Positions 35,718 to 45,582 of a DNA stretch of 64,000 nucleotides are shown here, in pieces; position 1 is the first letter of the stretch, and every line of letters starts with the position of its first letter. Origin of the DNA: Alphaproteobacteria bacterium. GTDB taxonomy: Bacteria > Pseudomonadota > Alphaproteobacteria > UBA828. The DNA is taken from positions 352,001 to 416,000 of the forward strand of contig CBDCRW010000004.1 of assembly GCA_965221125.1 (NCBI GenBank), read 5' to 3'. The translations under genes and the position numbers were made by a program. The notes beneath the pieces are model-generated. The model made no database searches, was not told the origin of the DNA, and saw only the letters and a program-made list of their open reading frames with translations.

Positions 35718-37142
35718 ATGCGGAAATCAGACAATGACGTGAGAGCCTTCGACAACGCGGTGAAGCGCATCAAGCACTTCCGCGAACGGGAACTCACCCG
35801 TCGCCAGGTGCTTCAGGCGTCCGCCGCGACGGCGCTGGGTGCGACGCTCGCATCGCAGTTCGTGCCCAGGGAGGTGCACGCCGACGTGGGCGGGACGATC
35901 GTTCACTTCGCCTCGTCCGGCAAGCGGCTCGCCAACTCCTTGCGGGCGGTCAAGCCGCTCTTCGACAAGGTGTACCCGAACGTGACCCTCGAGGTCGTCT
36001 CGAAGCCCATGAGCGAGGCGTTGACCCAGATCAACACCTACATGCGGTCCAAGAGCGACTCCTTCGACGTCGTCACCCAGGACCACGCCCAGTTCGCATC
36101 GCTCGACGCCATGGGCGCGCTGACCGACCTCGGCCCCTATCTGGAGCCGTTCCCGGATTGGCTCGCGGACTATCGCGAGGACGTGCCGGAGTCGTACCGG
36201 CACATGTGGAACCTGCCCAAGGGGCCGGCACCGCCAGGCTACATCGCAGCGCTGGCGCCCGACGGCAACGCGATGATGACCTTCTACCGCAAGGACGTCT
36301 TCGAGAGTGCGGGCATCCCGGTGCCGGAGACCTGGGACGACGTGATCGACGCCTGCAAGGAGATCCACGACCCGGCCAACGAGCGCTACGCCTACTGCGC
36401 TGCGATGGCGCGCAACTTCTGGGCCGGCTACCAGTACTACGGCTCGCTCCGCAGCATGGGCGGCGACGTCTTCGCGGACGAGATCAACCAGGACTGGACG
36501 GTGGGGATCAACACCGAAGAGGGCTACCAGGCGCTCAAGGTGCTGGTCGATCTCCAGAAGTTCGCCCACCCGGTCTCCGCCAACGCAGGCGAGGACGAGG
36601 TCAACCTGGTGTTCTCCCAGGGCACGGCGCTCTACAGCCCGCTCACCTGGGGCACGGCGGTGCTCAACGACCCGACCTACACCGACCTGCACGAGCACTG
36701 GCACATGGACCTCTCGCCGAGAGGCACCGGACCCAACGGCGGGCACCGGGCGCTTACCGGCGGCTTCGGCCAGTTCATGCCGACCTGGGGCGGCAACCGG
36801 GAGACCGCGTTCGCCTGGATCAAGTTCCTCAACTCGGGCGACCGCGAGGATCTCGGCGGCAGTCCGGCGATCGCGGATGCGATCGTGGGCGCCGGCGGCC
36901 AGCTCTCGCGGCGGTCCACGCTCAGCCGCTGGTCCGACCGCAAGCCCTTCTTCGTCGGCTTGATGAAGGCCTATCCGGTCTGCGTCGTGAACGCGCCGGT
37001 GATCCCGGAGGCGTACTCCATCATGGGCGCCATGGGCGAGGAGGTCGCCGACGCCGTCAACGAGGAACAGAGCATCGAGGATGCGCTCGCCGCCATGGAC
37101 AAGCGGGTCAGGCGCATCATGGATGACGCCGGCTACGGTTAA
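35718..37142 (+). CDS. Carbohydrate-type ABC transporter substrate-binding protein (Tat signal)
   Basis: TRRQVLQ..VHA signal, FYRKD, VPETWDD; first gene of a CUT1-type operon. Confidence 0.87.
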   Translation: MRKSDNDVRAFDNAVKRIKHFRERELTRRQVLQASAATALGATLASQFVPREVHADVGGTIVHFASSGKRLANSLRAVKPLFDKVYPNVTLEVVSKPMSEALTQINTYMRSKSDSFDVVTQDHAQFASLDAMGALTDLGPYLEPFPDWLADYREDVPESYRHMWNLPKGPAPPGYIAALAPDGNAMMTFYRKDVFESAGIPVPETWDDVIDACKEIHDPANERYAYCAAMARNFWAGYQYYGSLRSMGGDVFADEINQDWTVGINTEEGYQALKVLVDLQKFAHPVSANAGEDEVNLVFSQGTALYSPLTWGTAVLNDPTYTDLHEHWHMDLSPRGTGPNGGHRALTGGFGQFMPTWGGNRETAFAWIKFLNSGDREDLGGSPAIADAIVGAGGQLSRRSTLSRWSDRKPFFVGLMKAYPVCVVNAPVIPEAYSIMGAMGEEVADAVNEEQSIEDALAAMDKRVRRIMDDAGYG

Positions 37143-37187
37143 GTCAGCCGGCTTGCGTGAGGACAGGGGCTCTCCGGAGCCTCTGCC

Positions 37188-38153
37188 GTGACCGCAGTTA
37201 CCGTTGAGGCCCGGCCGCCGCGTGCGGCCGGGCCGTCCGCTCCGCTGCGGCCGGGGGCCGTGGCGCGTCAGCAGCGGCGCACCGCCTACCTGTTGCTTGC
37301 GCCCTGCGTGATCATCCTGCTGGCGCTCGCGATCTTTCCGCTGATCTTCGCGGGCACGCTCTCCTTCAAGGTCGATTCGCTCTACAACCCCGACATCGCC
37401 CGCTTCGTCGGCTGGCGCAATTACAACGACCTGTTCGACGACCGCCGCTTCTGGAACAGCATCGAGCTCACGGTGATATGGTCCGTCACCGTCGTCTCGA
37501 TCCAGATGGTGCTCGGCTTCTTCCTCGCCGTGCTGCTGGACCGCAAGATGAAGGGCGCGGGGCTGCTGCGCACCCTCATCATCATCCCGGTGTTCATCTC
37601 GCCCATCGCCATGGGGCTCACCTGGCGCTTCATCTTCGAGCCGGTCTCGGGGTTGGCCAACTGGATCCTGAACACCGGCTTCGGGCTGGAGAAGTGGACC
37701 TGGCTCTCGCACAAGGACACGGCGCTGGCGACGCTGATGTTCGTCGACTGCTGGCAGTGGACGCCCTTCATCGCGCTGATCCTGCTCGCCGGCATGCAGA
37801 GCATCTCGCCCGAGATTACCGAGGCCGCGCGCCTCGACCGGGTGCGCGGCGTCACCTACTACTGGCGCATCGTCATTCCGTTGATCCGCCCGGTCATCAT
37901 GGTGGTGATCCTGATCCGGCTGGTGGATTCGATCCGCATCTTCGATCTCAACTTCATCATGACCAAGGGCGGGCCGGGATCGTCGACGCTGCTCGCCAGC
38001 GTCTATGACTACACCATCTTCGAGCAGGGCCATCTCGGCCTGATGGCGGCCTACGGCTTCCTGATTCTGATTCTCATCAACATCGTCGTGCTCGCCTTCC
38101 TCAACACGCTCTACCGAACGGAGAAGGCGGCGCGCGCCGCCGATGCGCCATGA
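37188..38153 (+). CDS. CUT1 ABC permease (MalF-like)
   Basis: WQWTPF, EAARLD, TKGGPG. Confidence 0.92.
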   Translation: MTAVTVEARPPRAAGPSAPLRPGAVARQQRRTAYLLLAPCVIILLALAIFPLIFAGTLSFKVDSLYNPDIARFVGWRNYNDLFDDRRFWNSIELTVIWSVTVVSIQMVLGFFLAVLLDRKMKGAGLLRTLIIIPVFISPIAMGLTWRFIFEPVSGLANWILNTGFGLEKWTWLSHKDTALATLMFVDCWQWTPFIALILLAGMQSISPEITEAARLDRVRGVTYYWRIVIPLIRPVIMVVILIRLVDSIRIFDLNFIMTKGGPGSSTLLASVYDYTIFEQGHLGLMAAYGFLILILINIVVLAFLNTLYRTEKAARAADAP

Positions 38154-38971
38154 TGTCGTCGATCTACATGCGCGCGATCAACGTGCTCGCCGTGGTCGTC
38201 GTCATCGTCTGGCTGATCCCGGTGGTGTGGGTGGCGATCACCTCGATCAAGCCCACCAACGTCATCAATGCCGAGGTGCCGACCTTCTACTCGTTCGAGC
38301 CGACCGGCGAGCACTACGTCGAGATCTTCGACCGCTTCCGCATGGACCGCGCCATCGTGAACAGCCTGATCACGGTCGGCGTGTCCACGCTGATCGTGAT
38401 GATTCTAGCGCTGCCGGCGGCCTACGCGGTGGCGCGCATGGGGCTCATGGGGGGCGATACCTGGGCCCTTGTCATATTGTCATTGCGGTTCCTGCCGGGC
38501 GTGGTCGTCGTGCTGCCCTACTTCAAGATGGCCACCTGGTTCAGTCTGATCGACACGCAGATCGTGCTGATCGTGGTCTATGTCGCCTTCGGTCTGCCGT
38601 TCGCGGTCTGGATTCTGCGCGGATTCCTGCTGGATTTGCCGAAGGAGGTGGAGGAGGCGGCGCGGCTCGACGGCTTGAGCTGGCTGCAGATCATCTTCCG
38701 GCTGATTCTGCCCATGGCGGCGCCCGGCATCGCGGTCACGGCCATCTTCACCTTCGTCTTCAGCTGGAACGAGTACCTCTATGCCCTCTTCCTCACCTAC
38801 GACGCCGCGACGACGATGCCGGTCGCGCTGCAGAAGACCATCGACCTCTACAACGTGCTGTGGGGTTCGCTCAGCGCCGGCGCGGTGATACAGCTATTGC
38901 CGATGATCGCCGTCGTGTTCCTCCTCCAGCGACACATCGCGCGCGGTCTCGCGTTGGGCGCGGTGAAATAG
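38150..38971 (+). CDS. CUT1 ABC permease (MalG-like)
   Basis: EEAARLDG, FSWNEY, GAVK C-terminus. Confidence 0.92.
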   Translation: MMSSIYMRAINVLAVVVVIVWLIPVVWVAITSIKPTNVINAEVPTFYSFEPTGEHYVEIFDRFRMDRAIVNSLITVGVSTLIVMILALPAAYAVARMGLMGGDTWALVILSLRFLPGVVVVLPYFKMATWFSLIDTQIVLIVVYVAFGLPFAVWILRGFLLDLPKEVEEAARLDGLSWLQIIFRLILPMAAPGIAVTAIFTFVFSWNEYLYALFLTYDAATTMPVALQKTIDLYNVLWGSLSAGAVIQLLPMIAVVFLLQRHIARGLALGAVK

Positions 38972-38978
38972 GGCCGCC

Positions 38979-40064
38979 ATGAACGTCACGCTCCGCGGAC
39001 TGGTCAAGCGCTTTCGCGACGGCACCGAAGCCGTCAAGGGCATCGACCTCGACATCGCCAAGGGCGAGTTCCTGACCCTGCTGGGGCCGTCGGGCTGCGG
39101 CAAGACCACGACGCTCCGCCTGATCGCAGGGCTGGAGGAGCCGACCGAGGGCACCATCGCCATCGGCGAGCGCGACGTCACCCACGTCAACCCCGGCGAC
39201 CGCGACGTGGCGATGGTGTTCCAGACCTACGCGCTCTATCCGCACATGACCGCGCTGCAGAACATGACGCTCGGCCTCACGGTCGCCGGCATGTCCAAGG
39301 CCGAGGCGCACGAGAAGGCGCGGGAGACGGCGAAGCTGCTCAACATCGAGCCGCTGCTCGAGCGCAAGCCGGCGAAGCTCTCGGGCGGGGAGCGCCAGCG
39401 CGTGGCCTTGGGTCGCGCCATGGTCCGCAGCCCCGCCTGCTACCTGATGGACGAGCCGCTGTCGAACCTCGACCTCAAACTGCGCGAGCACATGCGCACG
39501 GAGCTGAAGCGCCTCCATCAGGCGTACAAGGTCACGACGATCTACGTCACCCACGACCAGGCCGAGGCGCTGATCCTCTCCGACCGCGTCGCCGTGCTCG
39601 ACAAGGGTGAGCTTCAGCAGGTCGCCGATCCGGTCACGATCTACGAGCGCCCGGCGAACATGTTCGTCGCCGACTTCATCGGCAGCCCCGGCATCAACTT
39701 CCTGAGCGGCTCTCTCGACGACGGCGCGGTCACCGTCGCCGGCCGCACGCTGGACGGCATCGGCGCCGAGGGCTCGGCGTCCGTCGTGCTCGGCATCCGG
39801 CCCGAGGACGTGCAGCTGCAGGCGCCCGGCGAAGGCATCGTCGACGGCACCATCGAGTTCACCGAATCCTACGGCGGCGTCATCATCGCCTTCGTCGCGC
39901 TGGACGGCGGCGACGGCCTGCTGGTCGACCGCGAATACGTGGCGGCGAGCATCGACGTGCACGAGCCGGTCACCGTGGGCGCCCAGGTCGGCATCGCCTT
40001 CCGCGCGAGCCGTATCACCCTCTTCGACGCCGAGTCCGGCCTCTCGCTCGCGCGAGCCCAGTGA
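38979..40064 (+). CDS. CUT1 ABC ATPase (MalK/UgpC-like)
   Basis: GPSGCGKT, LSGGERQR, DEPLSNLD, YVTHDQ. Confidence 0.94.
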   Translation: MNVTLRGLVKRFRDGTEAVKGIDLDIAKGEFLTLLGPSGCGKTTTLRLIAGLEEPTEGTIAIGERDVTHVNPGDRDVAMVFQTYALYPHMTALQNMTLGLTVAGMSKAEAHEKARETAKLLNIEPLLERKPAKLSGGERQRVALGRAMVRSPACYLMDEPLSNLDLKLREHMRTELKRLHQAYKVTTIYVTHDQAEALILSDRVAVLDKGELQQVADPVTIYERPANMFVADFIGSPGINFLSGSLDDGAVTVAGRTLDGIGAEGSASVVLGIRPEDVQLQAPGEGIVDGTIEFTESYGGVIIAFVALDGGDGLLVDREYVAASIDVHEPVTVGAQVGIAFRASRITLFDAESGLSLARAQ

Positions 40065-40107
40065 GCGGCCGCCCGGCGGCACGCACGCCCGGCCCTAAGA
40101 GGGCGCG

Positions 40108-42051
40108 ATGACGCGGCGCGAGCGACGGCGGGCGAAGAGGCAGGGTGCCGCCCCGCCCGGTGCTGCGCCGCCCGGTGCCGCGCCGCCCGCGGCCGATCCC
40201 GTCGACGGCATCCTGCGGGTCGCCCTCGGCCATCATCGCGCGGGCAGGGCGGCGGAGGCGGCAGCGCTCTACGAACGAGTGCTGAAGCAGCGGCCCGGCC
40301 ATGCGGACGCGCTGCACCTCTTCGGCGTGCTCCATGCCCAGACCGGCCGGCTGGAGGGCGCGCTGCCGCTGCTGACCAGGGCCGTCCGCAAGGCGCCGCG
40401 CAACGCCGGCTTCCTCAGCGACCTCGGCAGCGCGCTCAGGGGTCTCGGCCGCCGCGACGAGGCCATCGCGCACTACCGCCGCGCCGCCGCGCTGGATTCG
40501 GGCAGTGCCAACGTCCGCTACAACCTCGGACATGCGCTCCGCGCCACAGGGCGGGCGGAGGAGGCGGCCGAATGGCTCCGCAAGGCGCTCGCGATCCAGC
40601 CCGAGCACGGGCCCGCGCTGCTGGAACTCGGCCGCGCTCTGCTGGACCTCGGCTCGGCAGAGGAGGCGGTGGCGGCGTTCCGGCAGGCGGTCGCGGCGGA
40701 CGATGGCGCCGCAGGCGCGCACTCCGACCTCGGCAACGCGCTCCGCGAGACCGGCGCGCTGGAGGAGGCGGAGGAGAGCCTCCGCCGCGCCTTGGAACGC
40801 GCCCCGGAGCACGCGGTGGCTCATGCCAATCTCGGCAACGTGCTGCAGGACCTCAACCGCGTGGGCGAGGCGGAGGCGACGTATCGCCAGGCCATCGACC
40901 TCGATCCCGAACACGCCGCGGCGCACGCCAACCTCGGCAACGCGCTGAAGCGCTTGGGCCGCGAGGACGAGGCGGTCGCGAGCCTGGAGCGCGCGCTGGA
41001 GCTGAGGCCGGAGAACGCGACCTACCGCGCCAATCTCGGCATGGTCCACGTGGCGCGCGGCGATGCCGCCGCAGCCCTGGCCTGCTTCGGCCGCGCGGCG
41101 GCGCAGCGCCACGGCCCGCCGCTCGCCCCCGCCGTGCTGAGCGAGCGGCAGGCGGAGCGGCCGGCGCTCCCCGTCGCGCCGTTCAAGCTGCAGCACGATG
41201 CGGAGCAGATTCGCCGGCTCTGTCGCGAGGGCCGGATCGATGCCTCGTTCGGCAGGATCGCCGACGCTTACGAGAAGATTCTTTCGGCCCTGCCCGCCGA
41301 TGCCCCGCCGGAGGTGCCGGTCGCCCTGGAGGGCGCGGACTGGCGGCGCATCGCGGCGGCCTACAACCGCCCGCTGCATCTGCCCGAGGCCACCGCCGCG
41401 CCCGATGCCGCCGTCAATCCCGGCCTCGACGCCGCCGCCATCGAGAGCGCCTATCGCGAGAGCGCGCCCAATCTGGTGGTCGTCGACGATTTCCTGACCC
41501 AGGACGCGCTGGAGCGGCTGTGGCGTTTCTGCCTCGATGCCACGGTCTGGTATCAGGTGAAGCGCGGCTACCTCGGCGCCTATCTGGTGGACGGATTCGC
41601 GACCGCGCTCGCGCTCCAGGTCGCGGACGAGCTGCGCGCGCGGCTTCCGGGCATTTTCGGCCGCCATCGGCTGGAGCAGCTCTGGGCCTACAAGTACGAT
41701 TCCCGGCTGCAGGGGATCGCCACCCACGCCGATTTCGCCGCCGTCAACGTGAACTTCTGGGTGACGCCCGACGCGGCGAACCGGAATCCGGCCTCCGGCG
41801 GCCTCGTGATCCACAAGGCCCATGCGCCGTCGGACTGGGCCTTCCGCACTTACAACGCCGACAGCGCGCGCATGGCGGAGTTCCTGGAGGAGGCCGGCGA
41901 CGAGCCGGTGACGGTCCCCTACCGGCAGAACCGCGTCGTGATCTTCGATTCCGACCTCTTCCACCGCACCGACGATCTCGACTTCCGCCCCGGCTACGAG
42001 AACCGGCGCATCAACGTCACGATGCTCTTCGGCGACCGCAGCGAGCGCTAG
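40108..42051 (+). CDS. TPR-repeat protein with a C-terminal 2OG-Fe(II) oxygenase-like domain
   Basis: About 9 TPR units (AHANLGN), then WAYKYD...HAD...FH...RRINVT; GAAPP x3 at the N-terminus. Confidence 0.8.
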   Translation: MTRRERRRAKRQGAAPPGAAPPGAAPPAADPVDGILRVALGHHRAGRAAEAAALYERVLKQRPGHADALHLFGVLHAQTGRLEGALPLLTRAVRKAPRNAGFLSDLGSALRGLGRRDEAIAHYRRAAALDSGSANVRYNLGHALRATGRAEEAAEWLRKALAIQPEHGPALLELGRALLDLGSAEEAVAAFRQAVAADDGAAGAHSDLGNALRETGALEEAEESLRRALERAPEHAVAHANLGNVLQDLNRVGEAEATYRQAIDLDPEHAAAHANLGNALKRLGREDEAVASLERALELRPENATYRANLGMVHVARGDAAAALACFGRAAAQRHGPPLAPAVLSERQAERPALPVAPFKLQHDAEQIRRLCREGRIDASFGRIADAYEKILSALPADAPPEVPVALEGADWRRIAAAYNRPLHLPEATAAPDAAVNPGLDAAAIESAYRESAPNLVVVDDFLTQDALERLWRFCLDATVWYQVKRGYLGAYLVDGFATALALQVADELRARLPGIFGRHRLEQLWAYKYDSRLQGIATHADFAAVNVNFWVTPDAANRNPASGGLVIHKAHAPSDWAFRTYNADSARMAEFLEEAGDEPVTVPYRQNRVVIFDSDLFHRTDDLDFRPGYENRRINVTMLFGDRSER

Positions 42052-42094
42052 CAATGGCCGCCGCGGCGACCCATATGAGGCGCGGAGAGCGCAC

Positions 42095-43453
42095 ATGAAT
42101 GACGGTCACCGGGCGATCGAAGCCTGGCTCAGAGAACGCAGCATCGTCGAGGTCGAGTGCATCGTACCGGACCTCGCGGGCGTGCCGCGCGGCAAGATCC
42201 TGCCCACCGACAAGTTCATCGAAGGGCTCGCCGGCGGCCAGCACCGCCTGCCCAAGAACGTCCTCGTCCACACGCTGACCGGCGATTTCCCGCCGCCGGG
42301 CGCCGTCTCCATCGACGTGAGCGACGGCGACTTCGTGCTGGAGCCGGACCCGGCCACGCTCACCCTCGTGCCCTGGTACGACGAGCCCACCGCGCAGGTG
42401 ATCGCCGATTGCGTGCTGCGGGGCGGCGGGCACTCGCCCTTCTACTCCCGCCGCGTGCTCGCGAGCCTGCTGGAGCGCTTCGCCGAGCGCGGCTGGCACC
42501 CCGTCATCGCGCCCGAGATCGAGTTCTACCTGGTGGAGAAGAACACCGACCCGGACCAGCCGCTCAAGCCGCCCATCGGCGCCTCGGGCCGGCGCGAGGC
42601 CGGGCGCCAGGAGTTCGGTATCGACGCGGTCAACGAGTTCGACCCCTTCTTCGAGGACCTCTACGACTACTGCGAGGCCCAGGCGCTCGACATCGACACG
42701 CTCAACCACGAGAGCGGGGCGGGCCAGGTGGAGATCAACTTCCGCCACGGCGACGCGCTCCGTCTCGCGGACCAGGTGTTCGTCTTCAAGCGCACGGTGC
42801 GCCAGACCGCCCAGCGCCACGGCTTCTACGCCACCTTCATGGCGAAGCCGATGCAGAGCGAGCCCGGCAGCGCCATGCACGTGCACCAGTCGGTCTACGA
42901 GGGAGCGGAGCGCACGCCCCTCTTCTCCGACGAAGACGGAGCGGAGTCGGCGGCCTTCCGCCACTACCTCGGCGGGCTGCAGCGCTTCCTGCCGGCCTTC
43001 ACGCCGCTCATGGCGCCCAACGTCAACTCGTTCCGCCGGCTCCGCTTCGGCGCGAGCAAGCCGTTCAACGTGGGCTGGGGCTACGACAACCGCATCGCGG
43101 GGCTCCGCGTGCCGGACGCGCCGCCGCGAAACCGCCGGGTCGAGAACCGCCTGCCCGGCTCCGACACGAACCCCTACCTCACCATCGCCGCCACGCTCGC
43201 CGCCGGCTACCTCGGCATGACGCAGGCGCTCGAGCCCTCGCCGCCAGTGGAGGGCGAGGAGACCGGCGCCTACGAGACTCTGCCGCTCGACCTTAGGACG
43301 GCGCTGGAGCAGTTCGAGGCGTCGGACGAAGCGCAGGCGATGTTCGGCGATCTCTTCGTCAAGGGTCTCTGCGAGATCGTGCGCGCCGAGTACGACGCCT
43401 ATCTGCGCGTCGTGAGCTCCTGGGAGCGCAAGTTCCTCCTGCTGGCGGTGTGA
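42095..43453 (+). CDS. Glutamine synthetase-family gamma-glutamylpolyamine ligase (PuuA-like)
   Basis: PEIEFY, HESGAGQVEIN, FMAKP, GSAMHVH, ENRLPG; polyamine gene context. Confidence 0.87.
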   Translation: MNDGHRAIEAWLRERSIVEVECIVPDLAGVPRGKILPTDKFIEGLAGGQHRLPKNVLVHTLTGDFPPPGAVSIDVSDGDFVLEPDPATLTLVPWYDEPTAQVIADCVLRGGGHSPFYSRRVLASLLERFAERGWHPVIAPEIEFYLVEKNTDPDQPLKPPIGASGRREAGRQEFGIDAVNEFDPFFEDLYDYCEAQALDIDTLNHESGAGQVEINFRHGDALRLADQVFVFKRTVRQTAQRHGFYATFMAKPMQSEPGSAMHVHQSVYEGAERTPLFSDEDGAESAAFRHYLGGLQRFLPAFTPLMAPNVNSFRRLRFGASKPFNVGWGYDNRIAGLRVPDAPPRNRRVENRLPGSDTNPYLTIAATLAAGYLGMTQALEPSPPVEGEETGAYETLPLDLRTALEQFEASDEAQAMFGDLFVKGLCEIVRAEYDAYLRVVSSWERKFLLLAV

Positions 43454-44763
43454 TGGGCCGGGCGGCAGGCGCCGGGCGCTACGCGCAGCACGACGGCGCA
43501 GCGCCCACCTGGTACGAGGCGAGCGCGCGGACGAACCCCGCCTGGCCTGCGCTCGACGGCGACAGGCGCGCGGACGTCTGCGTCATCGGCGGCGGCTACA
43601 CCGGGCTCTCCTGCGCGCTTCATCTCGCCGAGCGCGGCTACGACACCCTCCTGCTGGAGGCGCGGCGCATCGGCAACGGCGCCTCCGGCCGCAACGGCGG
43701 ACAGCTCGGCAGCGGGCACCGGCGCGACCAGTTCACCCTGGAGCGGGAGCTCGGCGACGAGCGGGCGCGGCTCCTCTGGTCGCTCGCCGAGGAGGCGAAG
43801 GCGCTGGTCCGCAGCCGCATCGCCCGGCACGGGATCGCGTGCGACCTGAAGCCCGGCATCGCCATCGCCGCCCACCGCCCGCGCCACGCGCGCGCGCTCG
43901 CCCGCGAGGCCGCGCATCTCCGTGCGCGCTACGGCTACGACACGTTGGACGTGCTCGACCGTAAGGCGCTGCGTGCCGAGGTGGCCTGCGAGAGCTTTTG
44001 GGGCGGGCTCATGGACCGGGGCGCGGGCCACCTTCACCCGCTCGACTATGCGCGCGGCCTTGCCCGCGCCGCGGCGGAGGCAGGCGCGGATATCCGCGAG
44101 GGAACGCCCGTCACCGGCCTCGCACCGGGCGCGCCCTGCAGGGTCGAGGCCGGACGGCACACGGTCACGGCGGACGCGGTCGTGCTCGCCTGCAACGGCT
44201 ATCTCGATGCGCTGGACCCCGGCATCGGCGGGCGCGCAATGCCGATCAACAACTTCATCCTGGCGACGGAGCCACTGGGCGAGACGCGCGCCCGCGCCCT
44301 GATCCCCAACGACGTCGCGGTGGTCGATACCCGCTTCGTGGTGAACTACTTTCGGCTCTCGGCGGACGGGCGGCTGCTCTTCGGCGGCGGCGAGACCGCG
44401 AGCAGCCGCCTCCCTTCTGATCCCGGCCCGCTGGTGCGGCGCTGCATGCTGCGCATCTTCCCGCAGCTCGCCGACGTGCGAATCGATCATGTCTGGGGCG
44501 GGACGCTCGCCATCACGCGCTCCCGCGTGCCGAGCCTCGGCCGGCTCGCGGGCGGGCTCTACTACGGGCAGGGCTACTCCGGCCACGGCGTGGCGCTGGC
44601 AACGCTCGGCGGCGCGCTCATCGCCGAGGCCATCGCCGGAACGCTCGAAAAATTCGATGTCTTCGCTCGCCTGCCGCAGCCGCCCTTCCCCGGCGGGAAA
44701 TTCCTGCGCTGGCCGACGCTCGCGCTCGCGCTCGCCTACGGCGCGCTCCGCGACCGGCTGTGA
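43453..44763 (+). CDS. FAD-dependent gamma-glutamylputrescine oxidase-like protein (PuuB-like)
   Basis: IGGGYTG, GASGRNGGQ, GHLHPLDY, GYSGHG, FPGG. Confidence 0.87.
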   Translation: MGRAAGAGRYAQHDGAAPTWYEASARTNPAWPALDGDRRADVCVIGGGYTGLSCALHLAERGYDTLLLEARRIGNGASGRNGGQLGSGHRRDQFTLERELGDERARLLWSLAEEAKALVRSRIARHGIACDLKPGIAIAAHRPRHARALAREAAHLRARYGYDTLDVLDRKALRAEVACESFWGGLMDRGAGHLHPLDYARGLARAAAEAGADIREGTPVTGLAPGAPCRVEAGRHTVTADAVVLACNGYLDALDPGIGGRAMPINNFILATEPLGETRARALIPNDVAVVDTRFVVNYFRLSADGRLLFGGGETASSRLPSDPGPLVRRCMLRIFPQLADVRIDHVWGGTLAITRSRVPSLGRLAGGLYYGQGYSGHGVALATLGGALIAEAIAGTLEKFDVFARLPQPPFPGGKFLRWPTLALALAYGALRDRL

Positions 44764-44766
44764 GGG

Positions 44767-45582
44767 TTACGGCTCGACCGTCTGCGCTTCCCGCTCGCGG
44801 ATCACCATGGCGCGCTTGTTGATGAGGCTGGCCGCGATCACGCCGGTGGCGACGATCCCCACCAGCACCGTGGAGACCGCGTTGATCTCCGGCGTCACGC
44901 CGAGGCGTACCTGGGAGTAAATCTTCATCGGCAGCGTGGTCGAGCCGGGGCCGCTGGTGAACGACGCGATCACGAGATCGTCGAGGGAGAGCGTGAACGC
45001 CAGCAGCCAGCCCGCGACCAGCGCCGGGCTGATGATCGGCAGCGTGACCGCGAAGAATGTCTTGACCGGCGGCGCGCCGAGGTCCATCGCCGCTTCCTCC
45101 AGCGAGCGGTCCATGGTGAGCAGCCGCGACTGCACCACCACCGCGACGTAGGCCATGGAGAAGGTGATGTGCGCCACCGTCACGGTCCAGTAGCCCCGCG
45201 CCCAGGAGAGCGCGACGAAGAGAAGCAGCATCGAGAGGCCGGTGATGACCTCGGGCATGACCAGCGGTGCGTAGACCATGCCGGAGAAGAGCGTGCGGCC
45301 GGGGAAGCGCCCGAGCCGGGCCAGCGCGATGCCTGCGAGGGTGCCGAGCACCAGCGCCACGGTGGACGAGACGAAGGCGACCCGGAGCGTCATCCAGGCG
45401 GCGTCGAGCAGCAGCTCGTTCTCCACCATGGCGACGTACCACTTGGTGGAGAACCCGGCCCACACGGTCACCAGCTTGGATTCGTTGAAGGAATAGACGA
45501 TGAGCAGAAGGATCGGGATGTAGAGGAAGGCGAAGCCCAGCGTGAGCGCCGCCAGGTTGATCCCGCTCAGGCCCCGCCGCAT
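44767..45582 (-). CDS. potI: Putrescine ABC permease
   Basis: FLYIPI..YSFNES, EEAAMDLGA, SLDDLVI, GVTPEINA; C-terminal part of ORF 44767..46326. Confidence 0.88.
   Translation of the reverse strand: MRRGLSGINLAALTLGFAFLYIPILLLIVYSFNESKLVTVWAGFSTKWYVAMVENELLLDAAWMTLRVAFVSSTVALVLGTLAGIALARLGRFPGRTLFSGMVYAPLVMPEVITGLSMLLLFVALSWARGYWTVTVAHITFSMAYVAVVVQSRLLTMDRSLEEAAMDLGAPPVKTFFAVTLPIISPALVAGWLLAFTLSLDDLVIASFTSGPGSTTLPMKIYSQVRLGVTPEINAVSTVLVGIVATGVIAASLINKRAMVIREREAQTVEP

Noticed and set aside
40143-40187. 15-bp x3 repeat
   Set aside because: It is an in-frame GAAPP linker in the TPR protein; ordinary low complexity.
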